Origin: Wolbachia endosymbiont of Dirofilaria (Dirofilaria) immitis
Lineage (GTDB): Bacteria > Pseudomonadota > Alphaproteobacteria > Rickettsiales > Anaplasmataceae
NCBI RefSeq assembly: GCF_013365455.1
Contig: NZ_CP046578.1
Span: 1 to 32,000 of the forward strand
DNA: 32,000 nucleotides
Direction of reading: 5' to 3'
The translations under genes and the position numbers were made by a program. How positions within the stretch are numbered: position 1 is the stretch's first letter; the number at the start of each line of letters is the position of its first letter. Below the pieces are notes generated by a model. It was not told where the DNA came from. It saw only the letters and a program-made list of their open reading frames with translations, and did no database searches. Of the stretch, positions 20,572 to 30,871 are shown in pieces.

Positions 20572-21503
20572 AAGTTTGCTCTCAACTGATAGGCTTTAAG
20601 TATATCATGACTTATTTGTTTTGTTAATTCATCAATACTATGAAATCTTTTTTCTGACCTAATAAATTTTAAAAGTTGTATGTTGACCTTACAATCATAT
20701 ATGTCTCCATTAAAGTCAAATATATGCATTTCTATTATGGGCTTTCTTAAGTCCTTAAACGTAGGCCTCATACCAATGTTGACCACCCCATATAGCCAAT
20801 TTGGTGGATTGATGTCAGAAAATGCTACTTTAGCATAATATGTACCAAATTTGGGTTTTATCATGCAATCTTCTATCGCAATGTTTATAGTTGGAAATCC
20901 TATTTTCCTACCTCTGTGTGCACCTTCTGCTACAATACCAGAAACTTGATAAGGTCTGCCAAGTAACTTATTAGCAGTTTCTATTTCGCCTTTTTGTATA
21001 TGTTCTCTGATTAAAGAAGAAGAACAAACTTTTCCGTTAATCATTAATGGTTCCAATTTAGCTAAAGAGTACCCGTATGTTTTAGAACGTTTTTTTAAAA
21101 TTAATATATTACCTAATCGGTTATAACCAAAAGTGCAACTTTCCCCAACAACTATGTGTTTTGCACTGTATCTATCTATTAAAATCTTGCTAATGAAGTC
21201 GTTGAAACTTACTTGAGCAAAGCCTTTATTAAAGTTGATAATATATAAGTAATCTATATTGTAGTTGCTGATTAGCTCTTTTTTCTGTTCTTGGCTTATT
21301 AATCTAAAATTATTTTTGTTAAATAGGACAGTTGATGGGTGAGGCTCAAAAGTTAAAATTGCAGAGGGTAATTTTCTTTCCTGAGCTGTCTTTTTTAGAG
21401 AAGAAATTGCAAACTTATGTCCTAAATGCACACCATCGAAATTTCCAAAAGCTAATGCTACGCTGCTCTTTATCTCTTGCTCAAAGTCATAAATAACTTT
21501 CAT
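20568..21503 (-). CDS. ribF: bifunctional riboflavin kinase/FAD synthetase
   Basis: ALAFGNFDGVHLGHKF, TFEPHPSTVLF, SSSLIREHIQKGEIETANKLLGRPY, GRKIGFPTINI. Confidence 0.95.
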   Translation of the reverse strand: MKVIYDFEQEIKSSVALAFGNFDGVHLGHKFAISSLKKTAQERKLPSAILTFEPHPSTVLFNKNNFRLISQEQKKELISNYNIDYLYIINFNKGFAQVSFNDFISKILIDRYSAKHIVVGESCTFGYNRLGNILILKKRSKTYGYSLAKLEPLMINGKVCSSSLIREHIQKGEIETANKLLGRPYQVSGIVAEGAHRGRKIGFPTINIAIEDCMIKPKFGTYYAKVAFSDINPPNWLYGVVNIGMRPTFKDLRKPIIEMHIFDFNGDIYDCKVNIQLLKFIRSEKRFHSIDELTKQISHDILKAYQLRANL

Positions 21504-21571
21504 ATAATTTGATGTTTTATAAATATTTCTTATATATAATAGCTATATTTTATAAACTACGGAGGTAAATC

Positions 21572-21943
21572 GTGAAAAATACTAAAGGAAAGGTTATAAT
21601 ATACGTAAGGCAATACTGTCCATTTTGTGAGAAAGCAAAAGAGTTACTGGACAAAAAAGGGGTAGAGTATGAAGAGATTGATGTACTCAAGAATTCAGAT
21701 TTGTTTGATGATATAAAATCAAAATATAATGTTAAAACGGTTCCACAAATCTTTATTAATGATAAAAATGGCAATTGTATGCACCATATTGCTGGATGTG
21801 ACGAATTGATGAATCTTGAAAAAGAAGGGAAATTAGATGATATGTTAAATAATAATGAAGATCATATTGATGTCATAACCTATACAAGTAGCAGTTATGA
21901 ATGTGAAGAATATGTTATACCACCAGATGATAGTTTTATGTAA
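21572..21943 (+). CDS. glutaredoxin with CPFC active site and an acidic C-terminal extension
   Basis: VIIYVRQYCPFCEKAKELL, VKTVPQIFINDK, GCDELMNLEKEGKL; extra about 35 aa tail. Confidence 0.92.
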   Translation: MKNTKGKVIIYVRQYCPFCEKAKELLDKKGVEYEEIDVLKNSDLFDDIKSKYNVKTVPQIFINDKNGNCMHHIAGCDELMNLEKEGKLDDMLNNNEDHIDVITYTSSSYECEEYVIPPDDSFM

Positions 21944-22051
21944 TTTCTTATCTCATTTTCATTGTCGTTCAGTACACGAATGGAAAGTTGGTGTGCTCGC
22001 TTAAGCTATTTTTAATAGATTAAAATACAATTTATTTAGTAATTTTTTTTA

Positions 22052-22936
22052 GTGAGCAAAAAAATGAGAAGGAATGTTTTAATTGTTAACAAGAATTTAA
22101 TTAGTGTTGAACTAGTTAATAAGCAAGATTTAGAAAATTTCATTAAGATTTTCACAGTGCTTAATAAACACATAGCAGCAAGAACACTTTTTACAGAAGA
22201 AGTGAGAATAGAATATAAGCAATATAATAGTATAGAGGTTGTTAATTTGCTAAAAAGTTCAGGTTTTATGTATCATGACGTTGAAAATATATTAAATCAC
22301 TTGAGTAAACATGGAGTAGAGCTGCCGAACAGTGTTGTAGCATACACTCTCTTTTCTGCATACAATAGTAAACTTGAAGCTAAGGATGTAGCATTTTCCC
22401 TTTTTAAAAATTCTCCACGATTTAACATCAGGGTAAATAAAAACATCTTTATAATAACTCCTATGAATGAGGAGAATTTAAAGTTGAATTCACAAAATAG
22501 CAAAATGTTCATAGAGTTATTAAAGAGTGAGAAAAATATGTATGATTGTGTAGTGGGAGAGAATACTATTAGTGTAGTAGTACATTCCAAAATACATCAG
22601 GTCATAAATTCAATTGTAAGATCACTGATAAAGTCTTGCTTTTTAGCACAAGAGGAAGAAGTAAAGCTCAAAGAGAGACTGAAACAACTTGCTTTTAAGG
22701 ATCAAGCTTTCGTTGAATATTCTAGTATAAAAGCCATAAATAGATACCCACACAATCATCCTTTAAAAAGATATAAAAACATTACTAAAGACATAGAAAA
22801 CATTTTGTATAATTTTGTAATAAATGAGAATAGTGAATTTACTGTAGAGCAACTAAATAAGTTGAGCTTAGAGGTTTCTCCTGATACTCCAAGAATTATT
22901 ACTAAAACTATAGATAAACTTGTTAAGTTCCACTAA
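22052..22936 (+). CDS. hypothetical protein (294 aa), GTG start or ATG 22064
   Basis: Long open frame, coding-like composition, no family recognised. Confidence 0.75.
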   Translation: MSKKMRRNVLIVNKNLISVELVNKQDLENFIKIFTVLNKHIAARTLFTEEVRIEYKQYNSIEVVNLLKSSGFMYHDVENILNHLSKHGVELPNSVVAYTLFSAYNSKLEAKDVAFSLFKNSPRFNIRVNKNIFIITPMNEENLKLNSQNSKMFIELLKSEKNMYDCVVGENTISVVVHSKIHQVINSIVRSLIKSCFLAQEEEVKLKERLKQLAFKDQAFVEYSSIKAINRYPHNHPLKRYKNITKDIENILYNFVINENSEFTVEQLNKLSLEVSPDTPRIITKTIDKLVKFH

Positions 22937-22982
22937 GTTACTTTAATATTATTTTTGTTATGGCACGGAAATAGCTCTAAAA

Positions 22983-23522
22983 TTAGAAAGCCTTAAATCG
23001 CCAGAATTTCTCTTTACCTTTACTAATTCCAATTCTTGGGGTACAGATATAATTTGGTTTAAGATGAGACTCATAAACACAAAATTCATGGCTTATAGTG
23101 AGATCTTGGTTATTATGTTCTTTTGTAATATTTAATCTTTTGCATAGTATTCCTGGCCCGTTTAAGTTTACCTCAGGCGGTTCAATGAGCTTCAATCCTC
23201 GTATTAACACTGCGGCTGGAAATCCTTCTGTCTCTGTTACAATGTTTAAACAGTAATGCATTCCATATGTGAAATATACATACGAAAACCCTGGCATGCC
23301 AAACATTACTGAAGTTCGGTTAGTGTAGCCTCGTGCTGCATGACAAGCTGGGTCATCTATTCCTATATAGGCTTCAACTTCAGTTATTATCCCACTAAAG
23401 CTAGAAAACTTTAGTGTTTTTCCTAATAACTCTCCAGCTACAATTAAAGTTGGCTGCTCATAAAAATTTCTTGGTAGTATTATATTATTCATTGTAACAG
23501 TATAAGTTGCTTGCAAATGCAA
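22983..23522 (-). CDS. mpg: 3-methyladenine DNA glycosylase (AAG/MPG family)
   Basis: LARELLGK-type [57 protein letters not shown]. Confidence 0.95.
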   Translation of the reverse strand: MHLQATYTVTMNNIILPRNFYEQPTLIVAGELLGKTLKFSSFSGIITEVEAYIGIDDPACHAARGYTNRTSVMFGMPGFSYVYFTYGMHYCLNIVTETEGFPAAVLIRGLKLIEPPEVNLNGPGILCKRLNITKEHNNQDLTISHEFCVYESHLKPNYICTPRIGISKGKEKFWRFKAF

Positions 23523-23545
23523 GCAACTTATACTGTTTTTCTTAT

Positions 23546-24577
23546 TTAGTTAAGAGGATATATACATCTCTGAGAAACAGGAGCTTGATGTTCTTGCGGT
23601 TTGTCTACACCTGTTACGTTTGTTGAAGGGTGATGCAAAATTTTGACTAATTCAGAACTTTTTTGTTGTAGTTGTGGCAATTGTGATGCTAATGCTTCAT
23701 ATAGGAATTTTGCTTCACATTTCTTGCCTACTTTTACCTCTTTATTTGCACGTAATTGTTCTTCAGTGATACTATTGCTCTTGATAAGCCTTATAGAACC
23801 ATCATCGTTGATGTTAATTTTAATATTACATTCTTTTTCTCCAGCATACCATTTTATAGTCATTTGATATGATCCATTGATCACCTCATAAACTCTTTTT
23901 CCACTATCATTAATGTAGCAACATGCTCCTCTTGTTTTTTTTTGGTTAGGGTAGCAGAATGTGATTGTTTTTACGTTATATTTTTTACATATATTACCAC
24001 TTAGAAGTTTAGTTACATTTACTTCTTTTTCACTATCATTCAATGTAACTCTTATGGAAGGATAAACAAGATTGTTTTCCCTTTTGGCTTCTTTGAGCCT
24101 TATAGATCCTATAGTGTTGTTTGCTATACTTTTAGATATCTCTCTTTTGATTTGTTCAGCTATTTTACCTGTAATATCTCTGCCATTATATTTATTTTTA
24201 CCACGAGCAAAGGGCTTTTGATTTGTGATATTAGTAGAAAGGTTGTTCTGCAATAAAAAGAACTTATTCCATGCTTCATCATTATCAAGAATAATACTAC
24301 GCTCACTTTTATCTAGTGTTAATTCAGATGTATTCTGAGTGCTCAAGTCACTAGGAAATTCTTCTTTTACAGTTATATCGGAATTATCACCACTTACCCT
24401 TTTATTGTTCAGGGAGGTAAGATACTCTTCTTGCTTTTTTTTGTTCGCTTTTAAGGCTGTCTTATTGGAAGAAGATTCTTCCACCATAAGTGCATAGGGA
24501 CTTTCAACTTTTCCCTTAATTGTGGAACAGATAGCTTTCCAAAGTTTTCTAATCTTGTCTAACATATACTCCTCCAT
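23546..24577 (-). CDS. hypothetical charged protein (343 aa), no recognised domain
   Basis: Long open frame; Lys/Ser/Asn-rich, ends ...[14 protein letters not shown]; start may be Met5. Confidence 0.7.
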   Translation of the reverse strand: MEEYMLDKIRKLWKAICSTIKGKVESPYALMVEESSSNKTALKANKKKQEEYLTSLNNKRVSGDNSDITVKEEFPSDLSTQNTSELTLDKSERSIILDNDEAWNKFFLLQNNLSTNITNQKPFARGKNKYNGRDITGKIAEQIKREISKSIANNTIGSIRLKEAKRENNLVYPSIRVTLNDSEKEVNVTKLLSGNICKKYNVKTITFCYPNQKKTRGACCYINDSGKRVYEVINGSYQMTIKWYAGEKECNIKININDDGSIRLIKSNSITEEQLRANKEVKVGKKCEAKFLYEALASQLPQLQQKSSELVKILHHPSTNVTGVDKPQEHQAPVSQRCIYPLN

Positions 24578-24635
24578 TAGTATTGATATATAACTAGTAT
24601 AAAAGCATTATATCAGTTAGTCAATATTGAAGCTG

Positions 24636-25566
24636 TTAGTATTGAAGGCTCAAATGTTTTTCTGCTTGATTAGTTAAAACGCGTCCCCTTGGTATGTGCT
24701 TTATGAAATTGATTTTTGTAAGATAAGACTCCACTGTTTCTTTAATATTATCGCTATCCTTAGATAGTGTGATGAATATAGTGTCAATTCTCCAATAGGT
24801 CCTGAGGTACTAAATAAATTAGATATTAGCTAATATCTAATTTATTTAGTTTCATTTTATTTATGCCCAATTTTGATAGTGCGGAGTCAGCAATTTCATG
24901 GATAATTTTTTTATCGTTTTCTGTTTTAACAAAATTCCTTGTTTTTTTGAGTAATCTTGAAGCAATTCTTGGAGTATCATGTGTACAGCAAGCAATTTCT
25001 TTGTATTATATCTTTCCTGATTTCAGCAGAAAAAATTTTGTGCATCTTTTTATAGTTTTAGTCAGCTATTCGAAGGAAGAAAGCTCAAGGTGTAAAGGGA
25101 TGCTAAAACGATTACTTAACAAGGTGGGAAGTAGTCAAGTCATGTTGTTGTTCCGGTCAACGTAAAGGTGGTGGTTCTATCCTCAAGTGCAAGTGAATGA
25201 ACTTCTTCAATGCTATGGTTTGGTCTATAGACTTTGCTGGTAGATAGAACACATCTTCTACATTTAAAGTAGTGAACGCTGCAGCTAGATTTCTAGTTTT
25301 ATTAGGTAAAGGATCAGAGATTGCACGAAAACCAACTCTTGATTTTTTAGAAACAATTTGTACTAAAATTATTTTTCCAACCCTCTGGCTAACCAGAGTA
25401 ACAGAATGTGATTAAAGCTTCAGTTTTTGTCTGTTCAGCGTTTGTAAGTACTCTTAAATTTGTGTATTCAGTCTTTTTATTCAATAAAGTCATCAAGCCG
25501 TTCAGGCCTAATATTTAAATTGTGTACATTTTGAGTATATTCTTTACCATATGGTATCGATTTCAT
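24636..25566 (-). pseudogene. ruvB: ruvB, near full-length, multiple frameshifts and stops
   Basis: Hand translation of minus strand: [29 protein letters not shown]; VSQRVGKIILVQIVSKKSRVGFRAISDPLPNKTRNLAAAFTTLNVEDVFYLPAKSIDQTIALKKFIHLHLRIEPPPLR*; FTLTGTTT; [57 protein letters not shown]; [47 protein letters not shown]. These follow RuvB in order from N- to C-terminus. Confidence 0.92.
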
Positions 25567-25570
25567 AATA

Positions 25571-26125
25571 TTATATTGAAAATTCCTTAAGTGCTATACG
25601 AATAATCTCTTTGGTATCTGAGTTTGGCGATTTGTTTCGTATTTTACTGTATAGTAGACTTTCATTTTTACCAAAGATTGATTAAAGCTGATACAGCAGC
25701 TTCTTTAATTAGATAAAAGTTTCTATTATTTAGTTATTTATTTCCAGTTTATTCACTTTGCTACTTAGTTCAGTGATAATTAGATTTATGAATTTTAAAC
25801 CAAGTCCACTTATTGTAACTTTATTCTCACTCATAATTGCTAAGAACAGCTGCTCTGGAGTTAGTTTACTTCAAAATTAACATATTGCGGATTCTATAGC
25901 TAACACCACTCACTTTAACTAGTTGTAAGCACTGCTACCCTTTTTTGCTTGTAGAGCCGTATAGTTGAGTAATATTTATTTGCGTAGATTTTAATAAAAA
26001 GCTTAACTTTGCTTTAGAGTTTGCCTCTTACTTAGAAAAACTAGAAAGCCACGTGACACAATTAAACACAAGACATCAACTATGTAGCACCCTCTCTGTC
26101 ACTTTGACCTGTACAGGTTGAAGGT
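25571..26125 (-). pseudogene. ruvA: ruvA, multiple frameshifts and stops, directly upstream of the ruvB remnant (5' boundary approximate)
   Basis: Minus strand: IVDVLCLIVSRGFLVFLSKRQTLKQ; NITQLYGSTSKKG*QCLQLVKVSGVSYR; [42 protein letters not shown]; IKEAAVSALINL; [15 protein letters not shown]. The order matches RuvA. Confidence 0.9.
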
Positions 26126-26256
26126 AATTAAACATCCTTACTTTCATGATAAGAGGATTGGAAAAGTTTGTCAAGTGTTTTTTTATTTGTAGCTAGAGAG
26201 ATCTGGATGCTAGTTAGTTACTTATGTGATTTCCTTCTTATGAGTCTGTGTTTATG

Positions 26257-26273
26257 TTATTATCCCATAATAA
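26257..26273. repeat. perfect palindromic hairpin TTATTAT-CCC-ATAATAA upstream of uvrA
   Basis: 7-bp arms, 3-nt loop. Confidence 0.5.
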
Positions 26274-26341
26274 TGAGGAATTTGTAGAAAGTTACTGTAA
26301 ACTCATGTATTTTAACTATGATAGTCGAAAGTGTGTGGTGT

Positions 26342-29149
26342 ATGGAAGATTTCATCAGAATTAAGGGTGCAAGAGAACATAATCTGCAAGGTGTAGATGT
26401 TGATATACCAAAAAATAATCTAGTTGTTATCACTGGACTGAGTGGTTCTGGTAAATCTAGTCTTGCGTTTGACACGATTTATGCAGAAGGTCAACGTCGG
26501 TACGTTGAGAGCTTATCAACCTATGCGCGCCAATTTCTTAACATCGAGGATAAACCAGATGTTGAATCAATTACGGGTCTCTCCCCAACAATATCCATTA
26601 ACCAGAAATCGATCTCAAAAAGTCCAAGATCAACAGTTGGAACTGTTACTGAAATTTATGATTATCTACGCTTAATGTATGCCCGAATAGGGGTTCCTTA
26701 CTCACCTGTAACTGGACTACCAATAAGGAAACAAACTATATCTCAAATTGTAGATGCTATAATGGCGTTACCTTTAGAAACTAAAGTATATATTCTTGCT
26801 CCCATTGTACGTGATAGAAAGGGGGAACATCTCAAAGAGATATTGGAAATTAGAAGGCAAGGTTATGTAAGACTAAAAATAGATGGTAGAATGCATGATA
26901 TAAGTGACCTACCCAAGCTTGATAAAAGTAAAAGGCATGATATCTTTGTGATTATAGATAAGGTATCAATATCAGATGATATAGGAAATAGATTGCCAAG
27001 TAGTATAGAATCGGCATTAAGACTTGGTCATGGGTTAATATATGTAGAAATAATAGACTTACCTAATGATCGTGATTCCGAGTATAAAAATGGTCATATA
27101 CTAACCTTTTCGGAGAATTTTACATGTCCGGAGTCCGGTTTCACTCTTAGAGAAATAGAGCCAGGGTTCTTTTCTTTTAATAGCCCCTATGGGGCGTGTG
27201 GGTTATGTAATGGACTTGGTAAGAAGCTAAGTGTTGATATAAAGCTAATAGTGCCGGATGAAACGCTTTCAATATCTAAAGGCGCTTTAAGGCCATTGGG
27301 GCCAATATTCTATCAAACACACAAAAATTATGGATTTCTAAAGGATGCAATCCTGTTACTAGCTGAAAATTATAAATTTAGTCTTGATGTCTCATGGAAG
27401 AATATAGATCAAAAAGTGAAGGATGTAATACTTTTTGGTTCTAGAGAAATGGGATTTCAAGGTTTGGTCAATATTCTAGAATGTCAGATAGATTATGATA
27501 AAACACTTATTGAGCGATATTGCTCTATTGCTTACTGTAAGGAATGTACTGGTTATAGATTGAGAAAAGAAGCACTTACGGTAAAAATTGATGAAAAGCA
27601 CATAGGTGAAATATCTAGGTTTAGTATTGATGAATCTCTTAAATGGTTTGAAAATTTGCCGAGTAAACTTACAGAACAACAGAAGCAAATCTCAATTAAG
27701 ATATTAAATGAAGTGGTTAAGAGGCTGATCTTTTTGAGAAATGTAGGGTTGAATTATCTTACACTTGACCGTGAGTCTAGTACTCTATCTAGTGGCGAGA
27801 GCCAGAGAATTAGGCTTGCTTCGCAAATAGGTTCTGGTTTAACAGGAGTACTGTATGTGCTTGATGAGCCTTCAGTAGGTCTTCATCAATATGATAATTA
27901 TCGATTAATTACCACACTCAAAAACTTAAGAGATATAGGTAATACTGTAATTGTTGTTGAACATGATGAAGATACAATAATGGCTGCTGATTATGTAATT
28001 GATATTGGTTATGGAGCTGGTATAAATGGAGGAAGAATCATTGCAGAAGGAACACCAGATCATCTGCAGAAGAGCTCAAAGAGTATAACAGGGCAATATT
28101 TAAGTGGAAGGAGAAAAATTTTAATTCCAAAGAGAAGAAAACAAACAACTCAGTTTATTAAAGTAATTAACGCGTGTGAGAATAATTTAAAGAATATAAG
28201 CGTTGAGTTTCCTATAGGAAATTTTATTTGTGTTACTGGAATATCAGGGGGAGGGAAATCGAGTTTAGTTATAGAAACACTATATAAATATTCAGCATAT
28301 AAAATATATCATTCATCTGTAAAGCATGGTAGGTGTGATAAAATAGAAGGCCTTGAGTATATAGATAAAGTTATAGAAGTCGACCAGTCACCAATTGGTA
28401 AGACTCCCACATCAAATCCAGCAACATATGTAGGTGTCTTTACTCATATAAGAAATTGGTTTGCAGGGCTTCCGGAATCAAAAGCACGGGGTTATAGCAT
28501 AAACCGATTTTCATTTAATGCTAAGGGAGGAAGGTGCGAAGCATGCAAAGGTGATGGACATCTAAAAATAGAAATGCATTTTCTACCAGATGTTTATGTG
28601 AAATGTGAACAGTGTAAAGGTCAGCGATATAATCGGGAGACATTAGAGGTCACTTATAAAGGTAAGTCAATTTTTGATGTGCTTGATATGACTATAGATC
28701 AAGCCTGTGATTTTTTTGAAAACCTTCCAATGATAAAAGAAAAATTGGTTTCTTTGCAGGAAGTAGGGCTTGGATATGTAAAACTTGGACAGTCATCGAC
28801 AACGTTGTCTGGGGGAGAAGCACAGCGGATAAAGCTATCTAAAGAGCTATCTAAACGATTTACTGGTAGGACATTATATATTCTTGATGAGCCAACAATT
28901 GGACTACACTTTGAAGATGTAAATAACTTACTGAAAGTGCTTCATAAATTGGTTGATTTAAAAAACACTGTTATAGTTATCGAGCATAATTTACATGTTA
29001 TAAAAAATGCAGATTATATAGTAGACATCGGACCAGAGGGTGGAGTAAAAGGCGGGGAAGTGGTTGCTAAAGGCACTCCAGAAAGTATAATAGATATACC
29101 AGAGAGTATTACAGGTAAATATCTTAAATCATACTTGTCAACGGTATAA
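26342..29149 (+). CDS. uvrA: excinuclease ABC subunit A (start refined from 26318 to 26342)
   Basis: MEDFIRIKGAREHNLQGVDVDIPKNNLVVITGLSGSGKSSLAFDTIYAEGQRRYVESLSTYARQF; two ABC ATPase modules and CxxC zinc motifs. Confidence 0.97.
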   Translation: MEDFIRIKGAREHNLQGVDVDIPKNNLVVITGLSGSGKSSLAFDTIYAEGQRRYVESLSTYARQFLNIEDKPDVESITGLSPTISINQKSISKSPRSTVGTVTEIYDYLRLMYARIGVPYSPVTGLPIRKQTISQIVDAIMALPLETKVYILAPIVRDRKGEHLKEILEIRRQGYVRLKIDGRMHDISDLPKLDKSKRHDIFVIIDKVSISDDIGNRLPSSIESALRLGHGLIYVEIIDLPNDRDSEYKNGHILTFSENFTCPESGFTLREIEPGFFSFNSPYGACGLCNGLGKKLSVDIKLIVPDETLSISKGALRPLGPIFYQTHKNYGFLKDAILLLAENYKFSLDVSWKNIDQKVKDVILFGSREMGFQGLVNILECQIDYDKTLIERYCSIAYCKECTGYRLRKEALTVKIDEKHIGEISRFSIDESLKWFENLPSKLTEQQKQISIKILNEVVKRLIFLRNVGLNYLTLDRESSTLSSGESQRIRLASQIGSGLTGVLYVLDEPSVGLHQYDNYRLITTLKNLRDIGNTVIVVEHDEDTIMAADYVIDIGYGAGINGGRIIAEGTPDHLQKSSKSITGQYLSGRRKILIPKRRKQTTQFIKVINACENNLKNISVEFPIGNFICVTGISGGGKSSLVIETLYKYSAYKIYHSSVKHGRCDKIEGLEYIDKVIEVDQSPIGKTPTSNPATYVGVFTHIRNWFAGLPESKARGYSINRFSFNAKGGRCEACKGDGHLKIEMHFLPDVYVKCEQCKGQRYNRETLEVTYKGKSIFDVLDMTIDQACDFFENLPMIKEKLVSLQEVGLGYVKLGQSSTTLSGGEAQRIKLSKELSKRFTGRTLYILDEPTIGLHFEDVNNLLKVLHKLVDLKNTVIVIEHNLHVIKNADYIVDIGPEGGVKGGEVVAKGTPESIIDIPESITGKYLKSYLSTV

Positions 29150-29679
29150 ATTATTATAGAAGAGATCACAAATATGGATTAGTTAAGGGTTTTTCTTTGT
29201 GATGCTGAGCTTATAAATGAACGTTATAACTTTGATTGTTAAAGCAAACTTGATAAACTCTGTTAGGATAAAGGAGAAGAGCTAAGAAGTATAGCGCATT
29301 GTGTAGTATTATAAGTTGAAGGTAAACTCAAGAGTGAAGTTAAAGAGAGTAGAAATAAACGATGTGTGTTTTTTATGTAAAATATCTAAAAATAGTACTA
29401 TTAAACCTATAAAATTTTGGACAATGAGGAGATTAGGAGTTCAAATATGAGAGTTAGTCTGCTTTTTAAATAGGGAAAGGTGTAGTAAGAATTAAAAATG
29501 AGAAGGAAAAAAGGAATTATATAGGTGTCTTGTGTAAGGTGGTGTTAAGATATTTTTCACTACTAAAATATGGGAAATGATAAAAAAATAAAGGTGAAGA
29601 TTGGTAATAAAACAAAGTAAAGTTTAGTAAGTTAAAAAATAGATCAAGTTTAAATAAAAGCTTTTTTTAAAAGAATAAA

Positions 29680-29832
29680 GTGTTTCGTAAGTCTGCAGTC
29701 AAAAGCCTTGAGAAAAGTGAGGACAATTTACCTGTAAAGTTTGCAAAAGTATTTGGTGGTCTTATTACTTCTATGAAACATAATTTCTTTAAGCTTATTT
29801 TAAGAGGAAGTGGAATAGTACAAGAAATATAA
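29680..29832 (+). pseudogene. possible fragment of an unidentified gene
   Basis: Reads VFRKSAVKSLEKSEDNLPVKFAKVFGGLITSMKHNFFKLILRGSGIVQEI* in a gap otherwise full of stops. Confidence 0.25.
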
Positions 29833-30289
29833 AATTACATTTGTAGTTAGGCTGGTAGCAAAAAACTCATTTAAGTTTATCCTAATTTCTGAAAGAAACT
29901 CAGGTACCTACATTGATTATTGACTAGAAATATCTATAACTCTACTATGTAGCAACTGGCAAGAGCTACAATAGAAATATTTTTGTTATAAGTCTTAAGG
30001 CAAAGGGTATGTATAGTTATTATTTTGTAACCTGCTAAAAAATATAGAAGTATTGTGGCAAGTATATCTATAAAGAACATCATCTAATTAAGTATTTTTT
30101 TTGGTAACATTCGGATACGTTTTTCCAGGTTTTTTTAGTGTTATTGAGCTCTTGTTTAGCTTCCTAAATTTTATCTATACGGTCTAGATTTTCTACTCTT
30201 TTCTAATCTTGGATTTAGGTCTTTAGTGCTTGTTGTATTATTTTAACCTATTTTGTATCACATAAGCTTTTCTATGTTAATTACAGATG

Positions 30290-30871
30290 TTACCATTTAT
30301 AAAACTTGTATTCCTTATTTTGCAGAAGATTTACAATATTTTTATGGTGCTTTAAAAAAATTAATATTGCTATAGTTAATAGTGCAAAAAATAACTCTCT
30401 TTGGAAAAAGAGAGCTGCTATAACAGCTGTTGTAGTAGAAATTAAAGAAGCAAGAGAAGAATATCGAAAGGTAGAAAATGCTGCTAGCCAAATAAATGTA
30501 AACACTAATGTCACATAGGTATTAAGTGCTATCAGAATTCCTAAAGTTGTTGCAACTCCCTTTCCTCCATTAAATTTTAGCCAAATAGGAAACATATGTC
30601 CTAGAACTACTAATATTGCAGAGATATATGTATCACTATCAGAAAATTGCTGTGTTACGTAAACTGCAATAAATCCTTTTAAGGAATCTAGAAATAATGC
30701 TAGAGCAGCAAGTTTTTTATTTCCTGTTCTTGCAACATTTGTAGCACCAATATTTCCGGAACCTATTTCTCTTAAATTTATTCCTTTTATCCTTGTAATG
30801 ATTGAACTAAATGGTATTGAACCCAATATGTATGATAATATAAGAATTATATACTTTTCAATCACGCTCAC
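30290..30871 (-). CDS. plsY: acyl-phosphate glycerol-3-phosphate acyltransferase
   Basis: YILGSIPFSSII, IGSGNIGATNVAR, LDSLKGFIAV, GHMFPIWLKFNGGKGVATTLG. Confidence 0.96.
   Translation of the reverse strand: MSVIEKYIILILSYILGSIPFSSIITRIKGINLREIGSGNIGATNVARTGNKKLAALALFLDSLKGFIAVYVTQQFSDSDTYISAILVVLGHMFPIWLKFNGGKGVATTLGILIALNTYVTLVFTFIWLAAFSTFRYSSLASLISTTTAVIAALFFQRELFFALLTIAILIFLKHHKNIVNLLQNKEYKFYKW

Noticed and set aside
24863-25165. 100-aa + strand ORF
   Set aside because: It lies antisense to the recognisable C-terminal half of the ruvB pseudogene; no family features of its own.
26260-26475. 71-aa minus ORF (MSNARLDLPEPLSPVITT...)
   Set aside because: Antisense of the conserved UvrA N-terminal Walker region; a common spurious prediction.
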